A stretch of DNA of 64,000 bases from Chthoniobacterales bacterium. GTDB lineage: Bacteria > Verrucomicrobiota > Verrucomicrobiia > Chthoniobacterales > JACTMZ01. Position numbers and translations under genes: made by a program. The DNA is taken from assembly GCA_018883245.1 (NCBI GenBank), contig VEQL01000012.1:3079-67078 (forward strand). The letters are read 5' to 3'. Below, piece by piece: positions 1-9,350 of the stretch. The notes under the pieces are model-generated. The model made no database searches. It saw only the letters and a program-made list of their open reading frames with translations, and was not told the DNA's origin. Within the stretch, counting starts at the first letter, position 1. Every line of letters starts with the position of its first letter.

Positions 1-134
1 TCGGGGCGGGGGCACGGGTCGGGAATTCCATCCTCTGGCGCGGCGCCCGCGTCGCCGACGGCGCGAGTGTGGTATCGTCCGTCGTGCGCGAAGGCATGGT
101 TGCCGAGGGCGAAATGGAAAATACCGTGGTATGA
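1..134 (+). CDS. 3' end of a gene truncated by the window edge; hexapeptide-repeat (left-handed beta-helix) tail as in NDP-sugar pyrophosphorylases
   Basis: Frame 3 is open from the window edge and reads GAGARVGNSILWRGARVADGASVVSSVVREGMVAEGEMENTVV*. Stop TGA 132-134 overlaps the next ATG at 131 (ATGA). Absent from the ORF track because it has no start in the window. Confidence 0.4.
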   Translation, partial: GAGARVGNSILWRGARVADGASVVSSVVREGMVAEGEMENTVV

Positions 135-1084
135 AAGAACTTTTCGATTGGGCTGCGCGGGTGTGTCCGGCGTCCGCCGGCGGGGACTGGACGGAAATCC
201 GCCGCGGCGGGTCGGACCGCCGATTCTGGCGCGGCGCCGGCGCGGCGGCCGGCCTTGTGGCGGTCTGCTACGGAACGGAAAAAATCGAAAACGCAACATA
301 TGCCGCGTGTGCCGGGTTTCTTCTGCGCAGCGGCGTGAATGTGCCGCGGGTTCTGGGCCATGAAGCGGGACGGCGCTTCCTTCTCCTCGAGGATGAGGGG
401 GAAGAGGATTTGTGGTCGAAGCGCGGGGCCGCTTGGGACGAGCGCCGGGGTCTTTATTGCCGCGCGCTGGAACAAGCCTCGCGTATTCACGCGGCCGATC
501 TTGCCGCGGCGCAGGCGGCGGGAATCTTGCAGGCGCCCTTCGACGAGGCTCTTTACCTCTGGGAGCAGGATTATTTTTTCGAGTATTTCATGCGCGGTGA
601 CGAAGGCGTGCGTTCCGCGGTCCCGTTGTCCGGTCAGGCGGTCCGGTTGGCCTCGCTGCCGCGCGTGCTGCTTCACCGCGATTTCCAATCGCAGAACATC
701 CTGCTTCGCGGCGACAGCGTGGCCTTGATCGATTTCCAGGGAATGCGCGCGGGGTTGGCCGCTTATGACGTGGCCTCGCTGATTTACGATCCCTACGTGC
801 CGATGTCCGAAGCCGAGCGCGAAGAAATGTCGGCATTTTACGCGGGATTGGCGGGCCGGACCGGGGATCCGTCGTGGGCGGACGAGCTTCGCGCGTGCGC
901 GCGTCAGCGGTTGATGCAGGCGCTCGGAGCCTACGGTTTTCTCGGGCGGGTGAAGGGTCGCACGCATTTTCTCGGCCACATCCCCGCGGCTGCCGAACGT
1001 CTTGCGTCCTTGTGCGAAACGGAAGCAGATTGGTATCCACTGGCTGCCGTCGCGCGTCGCGCGGCCGCAGAATACGGCACGTGA
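131..1084 (+). CDS. AmgK-like anomeric sugar kinase (aminoglycoside-phosphotransferase fold)
   Basis: 317-aa ORF. Motifs GGSDRRFWR, FLLLEDEGEEDLW, catalytic loop HRDFQSQNILL and IDFQGMRAGLAAYDVASLIYDPY fit the APH/AmgK-type kinase family. ATGA overlap with the upstream gene and GTGA overlap with glgE. Confidence 0.6.
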   Translation: MKELFDWAARVCPASAGGDWTEIRRGGSDRRFWRGAGAAAGLVAVCYGTEKIENATYAACAGFLLRSGVNVPRVLGHEAGRRFLLLEDEGEEDLWSKRGAAWDERRGLYCRALEQASRIHAADLAAAQAAGILQAPFDEALYLWEQDYFFEYFMRGDEGVRSAVPLSGQAVRLASLPRVLLHRDFQSQNILLRGDSVALIDFQGMRAGLAAYDVASLIYDPYVPMSEAEREEMSAFYAGLAGRTGDPSWADELRACARQRLMQALGAYGFLGRVKGRTHFLGHIPAAAERLASLCETEADWYPLAAVARRAAAEYGT

Positions 1085-3030
1085 AAAAGGACACGGTCAT
1101 CATCGAAAATGTGCAGCCGCTGCTCGACGGCGGACGCTACGCGGTCAAGCGCATGGCCGGCGAACCCGTGCGCGTCACGGCGGATGTTTACAAGGATGGG
1201 CACGACGTCATTTCCGTCCTCCTCAAATGGCGCAAAAGCGGCGCGAGGAAATGGCACGAGTCCCCGATGTCGCACGAGGGCAACGATGTGTGGGCCGGCG
1301 TTTTCGTTCCCGGGGAAATCTCCGACTACGAATTCACCGTCGAGGCATGGCCCGATGCCTATGCTTCATGGAGTGACGAGTTCGCCCGCAAGCACGCGGG
1401 CGGGCAGAAGGATCTGTCGTCCGAGATCGCGGAGGGAGTTCATCTGCTGCAGGCGGGTGCCCGGCGCGCGGGGAAGCGTCCGGCAGCGGCCGCGCTTCGG
1501 GCGGCGGCCCGCGCCTTGGCTGTGGCGGACCGGCAAAAAGCGGCCGCGCTGGCGGCGGATCAGCAAACAGCCAAGCTCATGGCGGAGTTCCCGAACCGTG
1601 CCATGGCGACCGAGTTCCGCCCCCACGCGAAAATCATGAGCGAGCGTCGCCGTGCGCTCTTCGCTGCGTGGTATGAGTTTTTTCCCCGCTCCGCCGGCGG
1701 GCGCGGAGACCGCGGTTCGACTTTTCGCGAGTGCGTGGCGCGCCTTGATGACGCGAAAGCCATGGGCTTCGACGTGATCTATTTTCCGCCGATCCACCCG
1801 GTCGGCGTGACCAAGCGCAAAGGCCGCAACAATTCGCTGGTTTGCGGGCCCGGTGACCCCGGTGTTCCTTATGCCATCGGAAACCGCCACCAAGGCTGCC
1901 CGCATGGCGGGGGCCACCGCGACGTCGCACCCGAACTCGGAACCCTCGAGGATTTCGAGTGGCTGGTCGGGGAGGCAAAAAAGCGGGGGATGGAAATCGC
2001 CCTGGACTTCGCACTCAACTGTTCGCCCGACCATCCTTACGTGGCCGATCATCCCGAATGGTTTTTCCACCGTCCGGACGGCACGATCAAATACGCGGAA
2101 AACCCTCCGAAAAAATACGAGGACGTTTACCCGCTCGATTACCACAACCCCAAGTGGCGGGAGCTTTGGGAGGAGTTGAGGGACGTGATCCTCTGGTGGG
2201 CGGGGCGCGGGGTGCGCACGTTCCGCGTGGACAACCCGCACACCAAGCCGCTGGCGTTCTGGGAGTGGCTCATCACCGAGACGCGCAAGAAATATCCCGA
2301 CCTCATCTTTCTCAGCGAGGCTTTCACCAAGCCGAAGATGATGCGCGTTCTGGCCAAAGCCGGCTTTTCGCAGAGCTACACCTATTTCACCTGGCGCAAC
2401 ACCAAGCACGAACTCACGGAATATTTTTCCGAACTGACCGCGCCGTGGTCGGCCGATTACTTCCGCCCCAACCTTTTCACCAACACACCCGATATTCTTC
2501 CATTCTTCCTGCAGCATGGCGGGCGCGCTTCGTTCATGATCCGCGCCGTCCTCGCGGCAACGCTGTCGCCGCTTTACGGCATCTACAGCGGATTCGAGCT
2601 TTGCGAGAATGCGGCGCTGCCGGGACGCGAGGAATATCTCGACAGCGAGAAATACCAGTTCAAGCAGCGTGATTGGAACGCGCCCGGGAACATCAAAAGC
2701 CTGATCACGCGCCTTAACCGGATCCGCAACCAGAATCCGGCCCTGCAGCACCTCGCGAACCTGCGATTTCTTCATGCCGACAACGACCACATCCTTTTCT
2801 ATGCCAAAGCCACGGCCGGCAACGTGCTCCTGATTGCGGTCAACCTCGACCCGCACAACAGGCAGTCCGCGTGGGTCGATGTTCCGCTCGGCGATTTCGG
2901 GCTGCCGTGGGAGGCGGATTACGCGGTCGAAGATCTTCTTACCGGCGAGCGCTTCGGGTGGCACGGGCGCCGCAATTACGTGATGCTCGACCCTCATGAA
3001 CGCCCGGCACACATCCTGCGATTGCGGTGA
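1081..3030 (+). CDS. glgE: alpha-1,4-glucan:maltose-1-phosphate maltosyltransferase (GH13_3)
   Basis: GlgE-type N-terminus [42 protein letters not shown]. Downstream FRVDNPHTKP and LSEAFTKPKMM motifs. GTG 1081 is in frame with the track ORF 874..3030 and overlaps the upstream stop (GTGA). Confidence 0.85.
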   Translation: MKKDTVIIENVQPLLDGGRYAVKRMAGEPVRVTADVYKDGHDVISVLLKWRKSGARKWHESPMSHEGNDVWAGVFVPGEISDYEFTVEAWPDAYASWSDEFARKHAGGQKDLSSEIAEGVHLLQAGARRAGKRPAAAALRAAARALAVADRQKAAALAADQQTAKLMAEFPNRAMATEFRPHAKIMSERRRALFAAWYEFFPRSAGGRGDRGSTFRECVARLDDAKAMGFDVIYFPPIHPVGVTKRKGRNNSLVCGPGDPGVPYAIGNRHQGCPHGGGHRDVAPELGTLEDFEWLVGEAKKRGMEIALDFALNCSPDHPYVADHPEWFFHRPDGTIKYAENPPKKYEDVYPLDYHNPKWRELWEELRDVILWWAGRGVRTFRVDNPHTKPLAFWEWLITETRKKYPDLIFLSEAFTKPKMMRVLAKAGFSQSYTYFTWRNTKHELTEYFSELTAPWSADYFRPNLFTNTPDILPFFLQHGGRASFMIRAVLAATLSPLYGIYSGFELCENAALPGREEYLDSEKYQFKQRDWNAPGNIKSLITRLNRIRNQNPALQHLANLRFLHADNDHILFYAKATAGNVLLIAVNLDPHNRQSAWVDVPLGDFGLPWEADYAVEDLLTGERFGWHGRRNYVMLDPHERPAHILRLR

Positions 3031-3106
3031 GCATGCAATTCCGGCGTTGATTTCGCCAGCCCGAGCCCGTATCCAGACCGTCCCGATTCGAACCCGATAA
3101 AACATC

Positions 3107-4072
3107 ATGGGAAAACTTTACGACAATATCGTGCAGACCGTCGGCCGGACGCCGCTGGTGAAATTGAACCGCGTGAGCGAGGGTGCCGGTGCCACCGTGG
3201 CCCTCAAATGCGAGTTTTTCAACCCGCTCGGGAGCGTGAAAGACCGCATCGGTATGGCCATGATCGAAGACGCGGAGAAGAAAGGCCTGCTGAAAAAGGA
3301 TACCGTCATCATCGAGCCCACCAGCGGCAACACGGGCATCGCGCTGGCCTTCGTCGCCGCCGCCAGGGGCTACAAACTCATCCTCACCATGCCCGAGACC
3401 ATGAGCGTCGAGCGCCGCACCCTGTTGGCCATGCTCGGTGCGCAGCTGGTGCTGACGCCCGGCGCGGAGGGTATGAAAGGCGCGATTGCCAAGGCCGAGG
3501 AAATTCTGAAAAACACGCCGAACGGCTGGATGCCGCAGCAGTTCAAAAATCCGGCGAACCCCGACATCCACGCCAAAACCACGGCCGAGGAGATTTGGGA
3601 AGACACTGACGGCAAAATCGACGTCTTTGTTTCCGCCGTGGGAACCGGGGGCACCTGCACGGGAGTCGGCGAGGTGATCAAAAAGCGCAAGCCGGGCTTC
3701 AAGGTCGTGGCGGTGGAACCCAAAGATTCGCCGGTCATCACGCAGACGCGCGCCGGTCAGCCGGTCAAGCCGGGGCCCCACAAAATCCAAGGCACGGGCG
3801 CCGGCTTTGTCCCCGACAATCTTCATCTGGACGTGGTCGACGAGGTGGTCACCGTTTCCAATGACGACGCTTTCGCCATGGCCCGCCGCCTGGCCAAAGA
3901 AGAAGGCATCCTTGCAGGTATCAGCTCCGGGGCGAACGTCGTGGCCGCACTCGAGTTGGCCAAGCGCCCCGAAAACAAAGGCAAGCTAATCGTCACCGTC
4001 GCCTGCTCGACGGGCGAGCGCTACCTCAGCACCGCTCTCGCCGATGAGGCGCGCGCCGCGGTTTCCTCCTGA
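3107..4072 (+). CDS. cysK: cysteine synthase A (O-acetylserine sulfhydrylase)
   Basis: 321 aa. [14 protein letters not shown]-lysine region NPLGSVKDR and [10 protein letters not shown] are typical CysK motifs. Confidence 0.9.
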   Translation: MGKLYDNIVQTVGRTPLVKLNRVSEGAGATVALKCEFFNPLGSVKDRIGMAMIEDAEKKGLLKKDTVIIEPTSGNTGIALAFVAAARGYKLILTMPETMSVERRTLLAMLGAQLVLTPGAEGMKGAIAKAEEILKNTPNGWMPQQFKNPANPDIHAKTTAEEIWEDTDGKIDVFVSAVGTGGTCTGVGEVIKKRKPGFKVVAVEPKDSPVITQTRAGQPVKPGPHKIQGTGAGFVPDNLHLDVVDEVVTVSNDDAFAMARRLAKEEGILAGISSGANVVAALELAKRPENKGKLIVTVACSTGERYLSTALADEARAAVSS

Positions 4073-4075
4073 GTT

Positions 4076-4756
4076 ATGGACGAACACCGTCGATCGGTCC
4101 TGATGCCGGCTGTCGATCCCGCGCTGGAGATGACGGCGGGCGATTTGTTTTGGCAGGAGCATGGGCGCAAAGTGATTGTCGCGCTCGTCGCGCTCGTCGT
4201 GTTGATCACGGGAGCCGGCGTGTGGTTTTGGAACTCGGCGCGATTGCGTGCCTCCGCAGAATCTCTTTACAGCTCGGCAACCGGGCCGGACGGATGGCGC
4301 GAAGTCATCGAAAAGTATCCCGGCTCGCTGGCGGCTGGAAATGCTTCGCTCGAGTTGGCCTCCTCGCTGCGTGCCGGGGGCAACCTTGACGGCGCGGTGG
4401 CCGAACTCGAGAGATTTGTCTCTTCGCAGCCGGATCATCCTCTGGCCGGGGCAGGCGTGCTCGCTCTCGGCGAACTGCGCCGGGCCCAAGGCAAGACGGA
4501 TGCCGCGCTCGAGGAGTTCCGCACCGTATCCAGCAAATACAAGGATTCGTATGCCGCTCCGCTGGCCATGTTGGCCGAGGCGGAGATTCTGTCTGTCAAA
4601 AACGGCGGGCAGGGAGAGGCCCGGGCCGTCCTGGAGTCGATCGGATCCCTCTATCCGGGAACGCCTGCTGCCATGATGGCCGGGGCGCAACTGTCCCGCT
4701 TGCTTCCGGCTGCGCAACCCCCTCTCGCAGCCCCGCCTGCACCGGCGGCGCCTTGA
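4076..4756 (+). CDS. membrane-anchored TPR-like protein (YfgM/YbgF-like)
   Basis: 226 aa. One N-terminal TM helix (VIVALVALVVLITGAGVWFW) followed by Ala/Leu-rich TPR-like repeats. Starts 3 nt after cysK. Confidence 0.45.
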   Translation: MDEHRRSVLMPAVDPALEMTAGDLFWQEHGRKVIVALVALVVLITGAGVWFWNSARLRASAESLYSSATGPDGWREVIEKYPGSLAAGNASLELASSLRAGGNLDGAVAELERFVSSQPDHPLAGAGVLALGELRRAQGKTDAALEEFRTVSSKYKDSYAAPLAMLAEAEILSVKNGGQGEARAVLESIGSLYPGTPAAMMAGAQLSRLLPAAQPPLAAPPAPAAP

Positions 4757-4775
4757 AATTGGGGTTTGACTGCCG

Positions 4776-5594
4776 GTGCTTTTGGGTCATTTGTATTCTG
4801 TGCTTATTCGCCCCCTCGTCGTCAGACTCGGCCTGCTGGCCGTGGTTTGCATTTTTGCGTCCGGATCGCTTCATGCCGCCATGCTTGCGAAGTCCGAAGG
4901 TGCGGCCAAGGTGCTGGTCAACAGCCAAGAGTCGCCGGCCGCGTCTCTGGTCAACTCCACTCTTGCTCCCGGCACAACCGTCAGCACTGGCGAGGATGGC
5001 AAGGTGATGATCGAGGTCGCGCCCGGTATCGTCATCGAACTCCAGCCCAACTCGCAAGTGACCATCGGCGAAATGTCCATGGACAAAATCACCGACGAAC
5101 TGGGCAACCCGATCCCCCAATACACCATCACGCTGACTTTGGGCACGATCGTGGCAGTCCATTCCGACTCAGGCCTTGCCGACGCGGCTCTTCTCGTTGT
5201 CACGCCGCGCGGCAACATCAGTCCGGTGCTGCCCGGCCAGACGGTCATCACGGTTGATGGGTCCAATCCCGAGACTTCCACGGTCACGGTTGCATCGGTC
5301 ACCGGTTCGGAGATAGCGACCACCACCGAGGGCGAACAAATTCCTGTCGCAGAGGGCACGGCGGTCATACTCAAACCCGACAACACCTACCAGGCGTTCG
5401 GCATCAATGAACTGCCTAATGGCGGAGCTATCCAGAGCTTGGCTCAAAATGTTGCCACGGAAGTTTCCAACCAATCAAATCTGACGCCCGCAGTCCCGCC
5501 GCCGATTATACCTCCTCCGCCTCCGGTTGTTCCGCCGAACATCCCGCCTGCTGAACCGACTCCTACGCCGACGCCGGCACCCGTCAGTCCGTAG
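4776..5594 (+). CDS. secreted FecR-domain protein with Pro/Thr-rich C-terminal tail
   Basis: 272 aa. Signal/anchor LVVRLGLLAVVCIFASGSLHA. FecR-like stretch LAPGTTVSTGEDGKVMIEVAPGIVIELQPNSQVTIGEM. Tail PPPIIPPPPPVVPPNIPPAEPTPTPTPAPVSP. Confidence 0.45.
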   Translation: MLLGHLYSVLIRPLVVRLGLLAVVCIFASGSLHAAMLAKSEGAAKVLVNSQESPAASLVNSTLAPGTTVSTGEDGKVMIEVAPGIVIELQPNSQVTIGEMSMDKITDELGNPIPQYTITLTLGTIVAVHSDSGLADAALLVVTPRGNISPVLPGQTVITVDGSNPETSTVTVASVTGSEIATTTEGEQIPVAEGTAVILKPDNTYQAFGINELPNGGAIQSLAQNVATEVSNQSNLTPAVPPPIIPPPPPVVPPNIPPAEPTPTPTPAPVSP

Positions 5595-5603
5595 CCGGCC
5601 TGC

Positions 5604-6524
5604 TTGCGCCCGCCCCACGTGCCGGTTGTTTGCCTCGGCGAAGTTCTGGTCGATGTCGCCCCCGATGGTGAGGAGTTTCCCGGGGGAGCGCCCGCCAACG
5701 TAGCCTTCCATGCGGCGCAGCTCGGCTTCGAGTCGGGCCTTGTCTCGCGCATCGGTTGCGATGAGCGCGGTGCAAGGCTGCGGAAATGGCTTGAGGCCGC
5801 GAAAGTCGGCGTCGGGGGAATGCGGGAGGATGAATTTCATCCCACGGGGGCGGTGTGTGTCAGGCTGACCGCCGGTGAACCCTCCTACGAAATCGGGGCT
5901 CCTGCGGCGTGGGATTTTATCGGGGATTGCGCGTCCGTGCGCGAAAGTATTCGCGGCGCCCGGGTTGTGGTCTTCGGCACATTGGCGCAGCGCAGTCCGG
6001 TCTCGCGGCAGACCATCCGGTCGCTCGTTGGCGAAGCACGCCGCTCGGGTTCACTTGCTCTGGCGGACTTGAATCTCCGCGAGCCTTTTTACGACGACGA
6101 CTGTGTTCTCTGGAGCCTGCGGCACTGCGATGTCTTGAAGATGAATCGCAGCGAACTTCGCATCGTGTCGCGAATGCTCGGAGCCCGAGGTGAAGATCGG
6201 GAGCTTTTCACCGGGATGCTGGGGGAGTTTTGTATCCCGCGCGGAGTTCTCACGGGTGGTGCGGACGGGGCTTGGTTCGCCGAGGGGGGCGAATGGCACC
6301 ACCAACGCGCTGCGCGGACCGAGGTCGAGGACACCGTGGGTGCAGGCGATGTTTTTACCTCGGTGCTCTCGGCGTTTCTTGCGGAGCAACGGACTCTGCG
6401 GGAAGCCGCTCCTTGGTGCGCGGAGGCCGCGGCGTTCGTGTGCTCCCGTCGCGGTGCTACGCCGGACCTACCCCGCGAGCTTGTTGCGGGGATCGGTCTG
6501 GCTCTCCGCCGGCCCTGGGGTTGA
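5604..6524 (+). CDS. PfkB-family carbohydrate kinase (fructokinase-like)
   Basis: 306 aa. N-terminal VVCLGEVLVD...GGAPANVAFHAAQLG and C-terminal DTVGAGDVFTS PfkB signature. Confidence 0.75.
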   Translation: MRPPHVPVVCLGEVLVDVAPDGEEFPGGAPANVAFHAAQLGFESGLVSRIGCDERGARLRKWLEAAKVGVGGMREDEFHPTGAVCVRLTAGEPSYEIGAPAAWDFIGDCASVRESIRGARVVVFGTLAQRSPVSRQTIRSLVGEARRSGSLALADLNLREPFYDDDCVLWSLRHCDVLKMNRSELRIVSRMLGARGEDRELFTGMLGEFCIPRGVLTGGADGAWFAEGGEWHHQRAARTEVEDTVGAGDVFTSVLSAFLAEQRTLREAAPWCAEAAAFVCSRRGATPDLPRELVAGIGLALRRPWG

Positions 6525-7611
6525 CGTCGCCGGGGCGGATCTCCAGCAGCGCAGCAACTTCGATCGAGGCGGTTTGCGGGAACATGTCGACAGGCACGGC
6601 ACGGCGGAGTTCGTAGGAACCGCTCACCTTCGCCAGGTCGCGCGCAAGCGTCGAGGGATCGCACGAGATGTAAACAATCCGGGGCGGTCGGAACGCGAGG
6701 ATGGCGGCAATGACTTCCGCCGCCAGTCCCTGCGCCGGTGGATCGAGCAGCAACACGGCACCCTCGTTCGCCTGCAGAACCGCGGGCAGCAACTCCGCCG
6801 TGTCTCCCTCGACATATTCCTCTTTCGCGCCGGCCTCGATTCGCGCCGTGGCGATCGAGCGGCCGTCCCAATCCATTCCGATGACACGCGCGAAATTTTT
6901 GCTCAGCCTCTGCGCAAAAAAACCGGCGCCGCAATACGCATCGATGAGGATTTGTCCGGAGCCGGCCATGTCCGCCGCGATTTCCGCGAGGATTTCCGCC
7001 GCCTCGTCGTTGACTTGGCGGAAGCCCCCCGCGGCCGATGCCGTGTCCCGCAAGGTTGCCGGTCCGGGTCTCAAACGGCGCTTCGAGTGCAATGCTTCGA
7101 GACGGTCGTTGACGGCTTTGTTCGCCAGCAGGCAGCGATCCACGTCCACGATGCGGCGTGGATCGGTGCCGCGGAATCCGATCCTCGGCGGATCCACATG
7201 CACGGTGATGCGGTTGCGGTATCCGTATTCGTGCGGGGATGAACGCATCTGCTCGACCGGCGCGTCCGCGAACTTGCCGATGCGGCGCAGGGATTCTCGA
7301 ACCTGCCTTGTTTTCTCGGTGAGTTGACGGGGGTAGGTGATGTGCTGATACGCGCAGCCTCCGCAGCGGGTGAAAAACGGGCACGGCGGCGCGACGCGAT
7401 CGGGCGAAGGGTGGATGATCCGCAGAGCGTCCGCCTCGGCCCAAGTCCGGCGAACGTTGCGGATGCGCGCGCGGACGGTTTCGCCGGGTATCGTGAACCG
7501 GACAAAAACCACCTGCTGCTCGTGGCGTGCGATTCCCGCCCCGCCGTAAGCAAGATCAGTGACCTCCAGATCGATTTCGTCACCCGGTTTCACAAACCCA
7601 TCATGATGCAT
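6457..7611 (-). CDS. RumA/RlmD-type 23S rRNA (uracil-C5)-methyltransferase with TRAM domain
   Basis: 384 aa. TRAM-like N-terminus (EIDLEVTDLAYGGAGIARHE...), Fe-S cysteine cluster CPFFTRCGGCAYQH and a SAM-MTase core (LIDAYCGAGFF). The 3' tail overlaps the convergent PfkB gene by 68 nt. Confidence 0.8.
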   Translation of the reverse strand: MHHDGFVKPGDEIDLEVTDLAYGGAGIARHEQQVVFVRFTIPGETVRARIRNVRRTWAEADALRIIHPSPDRVAPPCPFFTRCGGCAYQHITYPRQLTEKTRQVRESLRRIGKFADAPVEQMRSSPHEYGYRNRITVHVDPPRIGFRGTDPRRIVDVDRCLLANKAVNDRLEALHSKRRLRPGPATLRDTASAAGGFRQVNDEAAEILAEIAADMAGSGQILIDAYCGAGFFAQRLSKNFARVIGMDWDGRSIATARIEAGAKEEYVEGDTAELLPAVLQANEGAVLLLDPPAQGLAAEVIAAILAFRPPRIVYISCDPSTLARDLAKVSGSYELRRAVPVDMFPQTASIEVAALLEIRPGDVNPRAGGEPDRSPQQARGVGPA

Positions 7612-7627
7612 CGAGGCCGTAAAGGCG

Positions 7628-8098
7628 ATGGACTTCGCGGACTCCCGTGGCCCAGACTGCGGTGCTATGAAATTTCCGCGCAGCCCCTACGACCGCGAGC
7701 AGGACATCGTTTATTTTCCCCGCATGACGGATAAAATCCGGATGCATCAGTGCGGGGATCTGCCCTCCGATTACCACGCAAACCTCGGGCGCGGTTTCGA
7801 TCAGCGGTGCTGCGATTTTCTCGGTGTGGACTACGATGATCTGGCTGTGCAGGTGGGTGCGGGTAAGTCCGACGCCGAAGTGCTGGAGTGGTGCTTTGAG
7901 CACGGCCGGCGCCCGGCAATGGCGGATATTTTCATGTGGAACGAATTTCTGCGCAAATGCGGGTGGAACGACGACCTCAGCTCACGCGTGCGTGAGCGTC
8001 TGGCCGGCCTTGGTCTCTCGGACCGCACGGATATCGTGACCATTTTCGACCTGATCGAGGTGGATGAGGGCCGGTCACCCCGAGGCGGCAAGCTTTGA
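7628..8098 (+). CDS. DUF5069-like conserved hypothetical protein
   Basis: 156-aa ORF. MKFPRSPYD...YFPRMTDKIRMH...DYHANLGRGFD resembles the DUF5069 family. The true start may be the internal ATG (MKFPRSP) at 7667. Confidence 0.5.
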   Translation: MDFADSRGPDCGAMKFPRSPYDREQDIVYFPRMTDKIRMHQCGDLPSDYHANLGRGFDQRCCDFLGVDYDDLAVQVGAGKSDAEVLEWCFEHGRRPAMADIFMWNEFLRKCGWNDDLSSRVRERLAGLGLSDRTDIVTIFDLIEVDEGRSPRGGKL

Positions 8099-8214
8099 CC
8101 GCTGGTAGTGACGCCCGCCGGGCTGTGTGGCGCGGACGGATCGCCCTTGCTTCCAAGGAGCCCGCGTGAAACTGCTCGCCCGCGTGGGGGTGTGGTGCCA
8201 AGTTTGTAGGTGTC

Positions 8215-9348
8215 ATGTCCGCGCACGCTGCAGAGCAATCCGCAGGCTGGCGAGTGGAGCACAAAGCAGGTGCCCCCGTGATTCATTTGCCCCCGCGGTT
8301 GGACGATCGCGCCGTGGCCGGCTGTTGGGACGAGGTGTTGGCTGCGGCGCGGTCCGCAGACGGTCCTGTGACCGTCGAATGCGCCGGCGTGCAGGAGTGC
8401 GGCGGTGCGGGCTTTGCGTTGCTTGTCGCGTTGGAGGAGGCGCGCAGTCGCACGGGGGCAACATGCAGGATCGAGGGTCTGGCCCCGCATTTCCGCTCGG
8501 TGATCGACGCGGTGGACCGCGCCGGGATGTCCGGCGCCCGTGTCGGGGATGTCGGACGCTTCGCGCGCATCGAGGACATCGGGCGCGCGGCCGCGGAGCG
8601 GGCCGCGGACTGGCATGACGAAGCTTCGTTTGTCGGGGAGGTCGGCGCGGGTTTGCTTTCCTTCGGACGCAGGCCGCGGGTGCGTTGGCGCGAGTGGTGG
8701 ATGATCGTCGAGAAGGCCGGTGCCAACGCCTTGCCCATTGTGGCGCTCATCAGTTTTCTCATGGGAATGATCATGGCCTTCCAAGGGGCAATGCCGATGC
8801 GCCAGTTCGGGGTCGATATCTTCGTGGTTAATCTCGTGGCGCTGGCCATCACGCGCGAACTCGGTCCGATCATGACCGCGATCGTTCTGGCCGGCCGCTC
8901 GGGATCGGCCTTCGCCGCAGAGATCGGGACGATGAAAGTCAACGAGGAGGTGGCGGCACTCACCACGATGGGACTGAGTCCGGTGCGCTTCCTTGCCGTG
9001 CCGCGCGTGCTTGCGGGCGTTGCGGTGACTCCCGTGCTGACGATTTATTCCATGGCGATCGGCGTGGCCGGGGGCCTGTTCGTCATGCTGATGCTCGGGT
9101 TTCCCCTGGCTACGCTCTTCCACCAGCTCTCCGGAGCCCTCACGCTCAAGGATGTGGCGGCGGGCTTGATCAAGTCGTTTTTCTTCGGTGCTGTCGTCGC
9201 CGGCGTGGGATGCATGAGGGGTCTGCAGACGGGTGCCGGTCCTTCCGCCGTCGGCGATGCGACCACGCGGGCGGTCGTGACCGGGATCTTTCTTATCGTG
9301 CTTCTCGATGCCGTTTTCGCGGTGGTTTACTACCAGCTGAAATTCTGA
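8215..9348 (+). CDS. mlaE: MlaE-family ABC transporter permease with N-terminal STAS domain
   Basis: 377 aa. The first ~110 aa look STAS-like (VIHLPPRLDDRAVAGCWDEVL...GFALLVALEE). The remainder is a multi-TM MlaE/Ttg2B-type permease (ALPIVALISFLMGMIMAFQG, ELGPIMTAIVLAGRSGSAFAAEIGTMKVNEE). Confidence 0.8.
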   Translation: MSAHAAEQSAGWRVEHKAGAPVIHLPPRLDDRAVAGCWDEVLAAARSADGPVTVECAGVQECGGAGFALLVALEEARSRTGATCRIEGLAPHFRSVIDAVDRAGMSGARVGDVGRFARIEDIGRAAAERAADWHDEASFVGEVGAGLLSFGRRPRVRWREWWMIVEKAGANALPIVALISFLMGMIMAFQGAMPMRQFGVDIFVVNLVALAITRELGPIMTAIVLAGRSGSAFAAEIGTMKVNEEVAALTTMGLSPVRFLAVPRVLAGVAVTPVLTIYSMAIGVAGGLFVMLMLGFPLATLFHQLSGALTLKDVAAGLIKSFFFGAVVAGVGCMRGLQTGAGPSAVGDATTRAVVTGIFLIVLLDAVFAVVYYQLKF

Positions 9349-9350
9349 CC

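Noticed and set aside
3084-3094. GATTCGAACCC, which resembles the reverse complement of a tRNA T-arm.
   Set aside because: The intergenic gap is only 76 nt. A minus-strand tRNA anchored here would extend into the cysK coding sequence, and no acceptor or anticodon stems can be drawn.
5480-5594. Pro/Thr-rich low-complexity coding tail, considered as a DNA repeat element.
   Set aside because: It is in frame as the C-terminal linker-like tail of the FecR-domain protein. It has no exact nucleotide periodicity beyond the short CCGACGCCG-type codon reuse.
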